Source of the DNA: Candidatus Iainarchaeum sp.
GTDB taxonomy: Archaea > Iainarchaeota > Iainarchaeia > Iainarchaeales > Iainarchaeaceae
Assembly (NCBI GenBank): GCA_038895675.1
Contig: JAWANB010000005.1
Span: 1 to 31,290 of the forward strand
Direction of reading: 5' to 3'
DNA: 31,290 bases
Positions within the stretch are counted from its first letter, which is position 1. Each line of letters starts with the position of its first letter. The position numbers and the translations under genes were made by a program. The notes under the pieces were generated by a model. That model worked only from the letters and a program-made list of their open reading frames with translations. It was not told where the DNA came from and did not search any database. Of the stretch, positions 8,357 through 15,799 are shown one piece after another.

Positions 8357-9343
8357 ATGAAGGTTGCTATAAATGGCTTTGGTAGAATAGGAAGGTTAGT
8401 GTTGAGGTGCGGAATAAAAGAAAAAATTGATTGGGTAATAAATCACCCTCAAGGCGTGGAAAGTGCAAGACTACTTTTTAAATACGATTCAGTTTATGGT
8501 AAATATCCTGGAGAAGTAAAGGCAGAAAAAGACTTTTTGGTGATAGACGGAAAAAAAGTAAAAGTAATATCTCAAAGAGTAAAACCTTTTGAATTGCCTT
8601 GGAAAGAATTAGGCGTTGATGTTGTTGTTGAAAGTACTGGCGTATTTAGGAGCAAAGAAGATGCAGGCGGGCATATAAAGGCAGGAGCAAGAAAAGTAAT
8701 AATTTCAGCACCTGCAAAGGGTGATATACAAAGTTTTGTATTGGGCGTAAATACTGATAAATTGAAAAGTTCAGAAGAAATAATAGATAACGCTTCTTGC
8801 ACAACTAATTGTCTAATGCCTGTATTAAAAGTTTTGCACGAAAACTTTGGAATAAAAAGAGGCTTTATGACGACAATACACGCTTATACTCATGACCAAA
8901 ATCTTGTTGACGCTACTCATGAAGATCCGAGAAGAGCAAGGGCAGCAGCACTTAACATAGTTCCAACAAAAACAGGAGCTTCTGAAGCAGCTGCCAAAGT
9001 CATACCATCTTTAAAAGGTAAGATTGATGGGAAAGCAATAAGGGTTCCAGTAGCTTGCGGGTCTTTAGTTGATGTCACGTGCGAACTTGAAAAAAACGTG
9101 ACAGTAGAAGAAATAAATTCTGCTATGAAAAAAGCATCTGAAGGAAACCTTAAAGGAATTTTAGAGTATACTGAAGAACCAATAGTTTCTACTGATATAA
9201 TAGGTAGTAAAGCTTCAAGTGTATTTGATGCAAAACTAACTAAAGTAATAGGCGGTAATTTTGTCCAAGTTGTTTCTTGGTATGACAACGAGATGGGTTA
9301 TTCTCAGAGAATAGTTGACGTGCTAAAAAACCTTAAGTTTTGA
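8357..9343 (+). CDS. gap: Type I (bacterial/eukaryotic class) glyceraldehyde-3-phosphate dehydrogenase
   Basis: MKVAINGFGRIGR, ESTG, IISAP, ASCTTNCL, RRARAAA, RVP and WYDNE motifs. RBS GAGGTG. Confidence 0.97.
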   Translation: MKVAINGFGRIGRLVLRCGIKEKIDWVINHPQGVESARLLFKYDSVYGKYPGEVKAEKDFLVIDGKKVKVISQRVKPFELPWKELGVDVVVESTGVFRSKEDAGGHIKAGARKVIISAPAKGDIQSFVLGVNTDKLKSSEEIIDNASCTTNCLMPVLKVLHENFGIKRGFMTTIHAYTHDQNLVDATHEDPRRARAAALNIVPTKTGASEAAAKVIPSLKGKIDGKAIRVPVACGSLVDVTCELEKNVTVEEINSAMKKASEGNLKGILEYTEEPIVSTDIIGSKASSVFDAKLTKVIGGNFVQVVSWYDNEMGYSQRIVDVLKNLKF

Positions 9344-12191
9344 TTAATTCTTGAGTTTCGAGGTTTTCAACCTCGAAATCAAATTCTTTATCGTTTTTCT
9401 TTTTTTTCAAGAAAAACAATACTATTATGCAAAGCACTAAAGCAAGTCCTATTGCTATTAAAGGCACTTCATTCTTTTGTTGTGCAACAACATTACCTAT
9501 TGCTCTTTGTGAATTGACTATTGACTCAAGATAGTGTGATTGAGAAAGACTTTGTTTTGACTCTTCTAATAGAACTTTTGCTTCTTCTGAAGGCTGTGAG
9601 GCTTCAATTTTTTCTTTTGCTGCGTTGTAAGAAGCGTTTGCCAACTCTTTTATTTTTTGTATGCTTGAACCACTTTCTTGTTCTGCCTCAGAGACAATTT
9701 CAGATAGTTTATCTAGTTTTATTTTGTTAGCCAAAATTTTTGCTTCTGAATAATTTTGATCTTTAATCAAACTTACTATTTTTTCTAAGTCGTTTCTTTT
9801 TTCTTCTATTTTCTTCAGTTCTTTTAGCCTTTCTTTAGTTATTGGTAATAAACTTAATATTTCTGCATACTCGTCTGGTCTTAAATTGCTAAATTCTTTT
9901 TCAAGCATTGCTATGTTTGAAGAAAGTCTTTCAAGTTTATTCAAAGTAAAATTAGCCTTATCTAGTTCATAAATAGGGTTTATAGGGTTTGGTTCTAAAT
10001 TGTTTTGTGAATCAAGAATTTTTTCTTTTTTGTCTTTAATAAAAATTACTTTATTGTCCCCTTTTTCTAAATAGTCAAAAACAATTCTGGTTTTTTCTCC
10101 TTTCAGGACTCTTAAATTATTTGCATGTATTAAATTAAAGTCTATTGAATTAAAATTCAATTCAATAACAAAAGATGCTTCTATTTTTTCAAAGTCGTTT
10201 CTAACGTTGAATTTCGTTTGGTTTTCATCTTGGTTAAAAGAGTAAATTAATTTTGAATTTTTTGAAATACTTTCAGAAACTTTTTTTTGTACTTCTGCCA
10301 ATAATTTGTTGGAATCATTTGTATTTTCGTAAGCCAAAAATTTTTCAGCAGAAAAAGGTTTGATACCACTTTTTTCTAAATATTCCTCTATTTTTTTTGT
10401 TTCAGAATAAAGGCTTTGTAATTCTTGTTCTGTTATTCCTTTACTTTGCAAAAAAAGTTTAGTGTTAGATATCATATTCAATGCTTTTTCTATTGTTTCT
10501 AAAGAATTGAGAACTAAATCAGAGTTTTTTAACCTGTAATTTAAAGACTCTAACGAGTTTCTGCAAGCTTCTAAAACAAAATAATTTTTTACTAAGTTTC
10601 TTTGAATTGAAATTGCTTGCACTTCCAAGTCGTTGTAGTTGGCTTTCTTTGAAAGTTCTTCTAATTTCAATGCACATTCTTTTATTTCTTCTAAAACAAC
10701 ATCTTGAAAAGAATTAGAAGAAGCTATTGTAGAAAATTCTTCAAAGTAATTCATTATTTCAATGCATTTTTCTATTCCTTTGTTTTCTTCATACATGCTT
10801 ATTTTTGAGTCAATAATTGCTTTCATTTCAAAAGTTGAATTGCTTTGCAGTTCTTTAGTGTTTACTTTGTTTTTTATTTCTTTTATTTTTAAGTCACATG
10901 CTTTTTTTGATTCTTTGAAGGCACTTTCAATAATCAAAGCCTTTTCTAATAGTTCTTCTGATTCTCTTAACAAAACAAGCGATTCAGAATAGGATTTTCC
11001 TAAAGTCTTGTTGTTTTTATTTTTTTCTAAATTCTCGAGTTTGTTTTCCAAATTAGTTTTTTCTTTTTCCAATTCATAAAAATTGCTTTGAAGTTCAAAA
11101 ATTTCATCAACAAGTTTGTTTTCTGCTTGATTTTTTTGTTTTACTTTTAAGTTTGAAGCAATGTAGTCTAAGTAATTGCCGTAAGTTATTTCTCCTATGG
11201 TTCTGTTAATTAAGTCTAAATTTTGTTTTGTTTGTTGATAATTTGTGTTTTGTTCTTCAAACATTTTTTTCTTGTTTTTTGTTATTTCTGAAAATTCTGT
11301 AAAGAATTGTGAGAAAGCAGAATCGTTTTTTCCAACAATGTTTGCAATTTCAGGGAAAAAACCTTTTGGCGGAATGTTTTTTATCGTAGCCAAACTCGTT
11401 TTTAATGATAGTATGTTGTCAAATATTTTTGCTCCTGATTCAAACAGCGGAAAAAACAGCATTAGTTTGAAATTATAATTTTTTGCCGTTTCATCTGTTA
11501 ACGGTTTTGTTTTTTTCAATATTTCTGTTGTATTCAAATTAAAGGCTTTTGAATCAATTTCTAAGGCTTTTGCAAATTCGCTTAATATTGAAGAAAACCT
11601 GTTTATTTTTGCCGCATAACTATTTCCTGTAGTATTTTTAGTTGAAAAGTCAACTATTGTTTGATTTAGTGCAGAATAGTTTTTGAAAAGCTGTGAGTCT
11701 TTTGCAATTTCTATTTCTTCTGTTTTCATTTCTGCTAATTCTAAGGCAATTGCTTTTATTGAATGTTTAATGAATTCATCTATGTGTTTTGAGACTTCTA
11801 TCAAGTTTGTTCTTAGTTCGTTAGTATTTTCTGGCAGATTTTTGTAATCTTTTTCTTTGCAAGCTTGGTTTATAGCTAAAAGATTTTCATTTGCTTTTGA
11901 AATCAAAAGCCAAGAAGAGGCTGCGCTGCTTTTTGCTTTAAAAATTTCTTCTTTTACTTCGTTTCCCAAAAATTTTGAATCTATTGGGAAAAGAGAATCA
12001 ATTTCTTTGAAGCATTGCTCTATTGATTTGCAGTTTATTCCTAAGAATGATTCTTGTGATAATGCTAAACAGTTCAATCTTTCTTCTTCACTTGTAATAG
12101 AAACACACCCTGAAAAAAGCAGAAGAATAGAAAACATGAAACTTATCCTGATGTTTTTTTTATCGCTTGAGTTTAATTTCAAACAAACCAT
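9333..12191 (-). CDS. Large secreted/membrane-anchored coiled-coil protein
   Basis: N-terminal LLLFSGC lipobox-like signal, long helical region with scattered Cys, and a C-terminal TM followed by a Lys run. Confidence 0.75.
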   Translation of the reverse strand: MVCLKLNSSDKKNIRISFMFSILLLFSGCVSITSEEERLNCLALSQESFLGINCKSIEQCFKEIDSLFPIDSKFLGNEVKEEIFKAKSSAASSWLLISKANENLLAINQACKEKDYKNLPENTNELRTNLIEVSKHIDEFIKHSIKAIALELAEMKTEEIEIAKDSQLFKNYSALNQTIVDFSTKNTTGNSYAAKINRFSSILSEFAKALEIDSKAFNLNTTEILKKTKPLTDETAKNYNFKLMLFFPLFESGAKIFDNILSLKTSLATIKNIPPKGFFPEIANIVGKNDSAFSQFFTEFSEITKNKKKMFEEQNTNYQQTKQNLDLINRTIGEITYGNYLDYIASNLKVKQKNQAENKLVDEIFELQSNFYELEKEKTNLENKLENLEKNKNNKTLGKSYSESLVLLRESEELLEKALIIESAFKESKKACDLKIKEIKNKVNTKELQSNSTFEMKAIIDSKISMYEENKGIEKCIEIMNYFEEFSTIASSNSFQDVVLEEIKECALKLEELSKKANYNDLEVQAISIQRNLVKNYFVLEACRNSLESLNYRLKNSDLVLNSLETIEKALNMISNTKLFLQSKGITEQELQSLYSETKKIEEYLEKSGIKPFSAEKFLAYENTNDSNKLLAEVQKKVSESISKNSKLIYSFNQDENQTKFNVRNDFEKIEASFVIELNFNSIDFNLIHANNLRVLKGEKTRIVFDYLEKGDNKVIFIKDKKEKILDSQNNLEPNPINPIYELDKANFTLNKLERLSSNIAMLEKEFSNLRPDEYAEILSLLPITKERLKELKKIEEKRNDLEKIVSLIKDQNYSEAKILANKIKLDKLSEIVSEAEQESGSSIQKIKELANASYNAAKEKIEASQPSEEAKVLLEESKQSLSQSHYLESIVNSQRAIGNVVAQQKNEVPLIAIGLALVLCIIVLFFLKKKKNDKEFDFEVENLETQELIKT

Positions 12192-12340
12192 AAAAACACT
12201 TAATAGACAATCAACGAAAAAGTAGTTAAATATTTCGTCAATTAACGATTTTTTTGGTGTTTGTTTGAATTTTCTTTATTTTTGGCATGGGCTTAACATT
12301 ACTTCTACTTTTTTAATAGATTTTAGGTTTTTCTTTTTTA

Positions 12341-13429
12341 ATGGCGATAATTTTAGAACAAGCTAACCTGGGTTTGAATACTAAAAGCGTTTCAGCTAAA
12401 GAAGCGACAAAGTACTTGTCAAAAAAGCAAGTGGAAAAGCTCAGTAAATCTAAATACGCGATAGTAGGTTCACATTCAGCTGTGCAAATTTGTTCTTGGA
12501 ACAAGAAGGCTATAAAACAAGAAGGCGTTTGTTATAAACAAAAATTTTATGGCATAGAATGTTCGTCTTGTGCCCAAATGTCTCCTGCAGTTCTTTGGTG
12601 TAATGAAAATTGCGTTTTTTGTTGGCGACCTATGGAATGGATGAGAAACAAAAATCTTGAGGACATTGAAGTAGATGACCCCGAGAAAATAATAGAAGGC
12701 ACCATAGTTCAAAGACAAAAACTATTAGTTGGATTTAAGGGTTTGTCAGGAATAAATTTGAAAAGGTTTGAAAAGGCACAAATGCCTACTCATTGGGCTA
12801 TTTCTTTGTCAGGCGAACCAACACTTTATCCAAAAATTTGTGAATTAATCCAAAAAATAAAGTCTTTACCTACAACAAAAAGCGTCTTTTTGGTTACTAA
12901 CGCCCAAAAAACAGACGTCTTTGAAAAAATGGCGACTAATGACGATTTTTTGCCAACTCAGCTTTATGTTTCTGTTGACGCATACGATGAACAAACTTTT
13001 AAGAAAGTTAATAGGAGTGTTTATAGTGACGGTTGGCAAAGACTATTGAATTCGTTAAAAGTAATTTCTGAACTCAAAACGAGAAAGGTAATGAGAATAA
13101 CCCTGATCAAAAATGTAAACGACGATGAAACAAAGCTAAAACAATGGTCAGAAATAGCTTGGTTAATGAAACCAGAATTCATTGAAGTAAAGTCATACAT
13201 GCATATAGGGGATTCAAGGTCAAGACTTTCGAGAGAAAACATGCTCAGCTTTGAAGAAATAGAGGCTTGGTCAAAAAAGTTTTGTGATACTTCAAACTAT
13301 TATTACAAAGATTTTTCTAGACCTAGTAGAATAACCCTGTTGGTAAGGCCAGATTTGAAAGACAAAAACACAAAAATAAAAGTTTTCAGAGAAGAGATGG
13401 GCATAGAAACAGAAGGCATAGATTACTAA
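12341..13429 (+). CDS. taw1: 4-demethylwyosine synthase (radical SAM TYW1/Taw1)
   Basis: HSAVQICSWNKK, CYKQKFYGI, CNENCVFCWRP, AISLSGEPTLYP and EVKSYM motifs. Confidence 0.95.
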   Translation: MAIILEQANLGLNTKSVSAKEATKYLSKKQVEKLSKSKYAIVGSHSAVQICSWNKKAIKQEGVCYKQKFYGIECSSCAQMSPAVLWCNENCVFCWRPMEWMRNKNLEDIEVDDPEKIIEGTIVQRQKLLVGFKGLSGINLKRFEKAQMPTHWAISLSGEPTLYPKICELIQKIKSLPTTKSVFLVTNAQKTDVFEKMATNDDFLPTQLYVSVDAYDEQTFKKVNRSVYSDGWQRLLNSLKVISELKTRKVMRITLIKNVNDDETKLKQWSEIAWLMKPEFIEVKSYMHIGDSRSRLSRENMLSFEEIEAWSKKFCDTSNYYYKDFSRPSRITLLVRPDLKDKNTKIKVFREEMGIETEGIDY

Positions 13430-14650
13430 CTACGCATTACTTTCTTTTTTGAAGTAGAAATAAGCTAATACCCCTAAACCTATTAAGCCAAGCAATATTC
13501 CCATTATAGTTTCAACATTGACAAATTCATTGGTTATTATTAAGTTTGTTTTTTTACACTCTATTTTATTTTCATTATAAAAGACTTCACAACCTAAATC
13601 ATAGTTCCCTGCTTCTTCAATTTTAATATTGTACTTTACTTCCATTATTTCATTTTTACTAATTCTTGCAACGTTTTGCGAAATTTTACCTTGAGGAGTA
13701 TCTAAATCTACTTTTATATCATTTATTTCTTTTTCAGAGATATTCTTCAACAAAACACTAACTTCAAAAACCTGGTTTTTAGGTATTTTGTCTTTTTTCA
13801 TTACTATCTCAGCCATTATGTCTTTTTGAGGTTCTTTTACATATACTTCAGGCCTATTAGAAAGTAAAATTTGTTTATTTCCAAAAACATCAGTGAATTC
13901 CATTACCGCAGGCAAAATACTCATTTGTATTGCCTTATTAGCAACCGCGTCATAACTTAGTTTTAGCACACCTGGCTTTATGCATTCATTGTTTTCGTTT
14001 CTTTTTTCGCATTTAGGAACAACACCTTTTTTTGCAGTTTCGCCTTTCAAAATACTTAACTCTTTCAAAACTTTTTCTAATTCACTTTTTCTATAATATA
14101 TTGAAACATCAAGGTCTTTGCTTCCATAGTTTTTTGCTACCGCACTAATTTTGAATTGTTTTCCTAATATTGGTTCGTAAGTTTCAAGCTCAAGTTTAAA
14201 GCCATCTTCTTTTGGAAAGTAATAAGACTCAAAAAGCCCTATTCTTGTTTTTGCTAAAAAACCGATTTTATTTATATTAAAAGAGGTTTTTATACAAACC
14301 TTTAGCGTATTATTTTTTTCCCACATTTCTTTTGGAAAATAAACTAACTTATTATTGACGGGCTCAAAAAAGTCAAGTTCTTCAACAAGGTTGTTGTTCA
14401 AGTATATTCTTAGTTCTTCAGTACCATTAGGGTAACCTTGAATCTCGCTTGAGATTTGCATTATTGGGAAAACAAAAGCATTTACATCATTTTGAAAACT
14501 TAAAGAATATTCTTTACAATAATAAGTATTGAATTCGTTAACGTAAAAGTCCTTATAACCAAGTTCCTCCAAACTTTTCACTTCTATAGGAGTAGCCAAA
14601 ATAATTGGGGCTAAAAAAACCAAAACTACCAAAAAACTATTTTTGAACAC
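13430..14650 (-). CDS. Secreted Ig-like (CARDB-like) protein with C-terminal TM anchor
   Basis: Signal peptide, beta-rich segments (VSVLLKNISEKEINDIKV...EAGNYDL) and C-terminal TM. GTG start overlaps the upstream kinase. Confidence 0.7.
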   Translation of the reverse strand: MFKNSFLVVLVFLAPIILATPIEVKSLEELGYKDFYVNEFNTYYCKEYSLSFQNDVNAFVFPIMQISSEIQGYPNGTEELRIYLNNNLVEELDFFEPVNNKLVYFPKEMWEKNNTLKVCIKTSFNINKIGFLAKTRIGLFESYYFPKEDGFKLELETYEPILGKQFKISAVAKNYGSKDLDVSIYYRKSELEKVLKELSILKGETAKKGVVPKCEKRNENNECIKPGVLKLSYDAVANKAIQMSILPAVMEFTDVFGNKQILLSNRPEVYVKEPQKDIMAEIVMKKDKIPKNQVFEVSVLLKNISEKEINDIKVDLDTPQGKISQNVARISKNEIMEVKYNIKIEEAGNYDLGCEVFYNENKIECKKTNLIITNEFVNVETIMGILLGLIGLGVLAYFYFKKESNA

Positions 14651-15143
14651 TTTTACCCCTCTCGCGTCTTTCTATTTCAAGTATTATTGATAGCGCAGTT
14701 TCTTTAATAGACTTTCTATTCTCTATTATAATGACTTTTTCTTTGTCGTAATTTCGTAAAACCCATTTTTTGCAATAATCTATGCCTTCACAAAAAACAT
14801 TGTCTTGTATTTTTTCTTCGTTATATCCTCTCATAGAAAGCCTAAACTCAAGTATTTCTGGGTTGCAAGTGATTACTATGACATAATCAAAATTCGCTTT
14901 TGTTTCGCAAATCATGTGGCCTTCTACTATAACGTTTTTGAAAGTTTTCAAGAAAGCATTTAGTTTTTTTTCAAGTTTTTCAATATCTACCAAAATTTCG
15001 TTTGTTTTTTCGTCTATTTCTGCTATGCCTTTTTTTATGCAAAAGTCTTTTTCATTAACTACTTTGAATTGAAAGAATTCGCCAAGTTCTTTAGCAACGC
15101 TTGTTTTGCCTACTCCAGGCGTTCCTGTAATTCCTAACCTCAT
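14637..15143 (-). CDS. Archaeal adenylate kinase-like NTPase (Fap7/AK6 family)
   Basis: ITGTPGVGKT, VEGH and RLSMRGYNEEKIQDN motifs. Confidence 0.9.
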   Translation of the reverse strand: MRLGITGTPGVGKTSVAKELGEFFQFKVVNEKDFCIKKGIAEIDEKTNEILVDIEKLEKKLNAFLKTFKNVIVEGHMICETKANFDYVIVITCNPEILEFRLSMRGYNEEKIQDNVFCEGIDYCKKWVLRNYDKEKVIIIENRKSIKETALSIILEIERRERGKSVQK

Positions 15144-15187
15144 ATATTATTTGTCTTGAGAAGACTTTAAGAAAAGGTTTTAAATCA

Positions 15188-15404
15188 AAGTTGGTTTGTG
15201 TGATAATGTGATTATCATTGAAAATTAGGAAAGAGGCGGTGAACCAGCGTTATTAAATTTAATAGAGGGCTTGGTTAATCCTGTTTGGTTATCGCTTAGC
15301 CTCTTTCCACCAGATTCAAAGCTTTTGGTTAGCTCATTGGCACGACTTTCCTTGTTGCTTTCAACACCAAGAGCCATTAAATCACCAAATTTTTAAACCA
15401 ACTT
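15188..15404. ncRNA. Candidate structured RNA of unknown family
   Basis: Perfect 10-bp terminal inverted repeat enclosing several nested stems. More GC-rich than its flanks, with an upstream BRE/TATA on the minus strand. Confidence 0.5.
15225..15377 (-). CDS. Possible 50-aa small protein (MALGVESNKESRANELTKSFESGGKRLSDNQTGLTKPSIKFNNAGSPPLS)
   Basis: ATG preceded by GGTGAT (15386-15381) and a promoter. Below the ORF-track cutoff. Confidence 0.4.
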   Translation of the reverse strand: MALGVESNKESRANELTKSFESGGKRLSDNQTGLTKPSIKFNNAGSPPLS

Positions 15405-15418
15405 ATAATAACCTAACT

Positions 15419-15435
15419 AATATAAATACTTTTCG
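15419..15435 (-). promoter_or_regulatory. BRE + TATA promoter pointing into the 15188-15404 element
   Basis: Minus strand reads CGAAAAGTATTTATATT. Expected TSS is near 15400, i.e. at the terminal stem. Confidence 0.55.
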
Positions 15436-15445
15436 TAATAAAAGG

Positions 15446-15469
15446 CAAAAAAAGGCGTATTTTCGCCTT
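15446..15469 (-). terminator. Hairpin plus U-tract, possible terminator downstream of aCPSF1
   Basis: Minus strand AAGGCG-AAAATA-CGCCTT followed by TTTTT. Confidence 0.3.
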
Positions 15470-15799
15470 ATAACCTTACTTAATGATTTTTTTCGGAAAA
15501 TAAGCCTTTTAACGATTTTTTAGTGTTAATTTTATGTTTAAGTGATTTTTTTTGTAAATTTTTTATTAAATTTATTTTTGTAAAAAATCGTGTTATGTAT
15601 TATCTTGTTTTTTCTTAGACTGCTTTTTACAATTGTGCTTTTCTTATTTTTTCAATTATGTTTAAGACGTTTAAGTGTTTTTTGTAAGATTTTTTATCGT
15701 GCATGTTGTGTTTTTTTTTGTTTTTAGTTTTATTGCTTATAGTTTTTTTAGCAATGTTTTGTAATTAATGTTTATTTTTTCTAATAAACCACATTTTTT

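Noticed and set aside
15201..15217. Fur-box-like palindrome TGATAAT-GTG-ATTATCA
   Set aside because: Spacing is 7-3-7 rather than 7-1-7 and no metal-related genes are nearby. It is equally explained as an RNA hairpin.
15228..15312. tRNA (Sec/Pyl-like) suggested by GGAAAG...CTTTCCACCA
   Set aside because: No D arm, anticodon arm or T arm in cloverleaf order. Kept only as part of the unknown structured element.
15339..15353. RNase P RNA suggested by minus-strand AGGAAAGTC after a hairpin
   Set aside because: No complementary CR-V/P4 strand near the 3' end, and the flanking sequence pairs locally instead.
15188..15404. MITE or IS remnant with 10-bp terminal inverted repeats
   Set aside because: No target-site duplication, second copy or transposase in the window. 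Not fully excluded without the whole genome.
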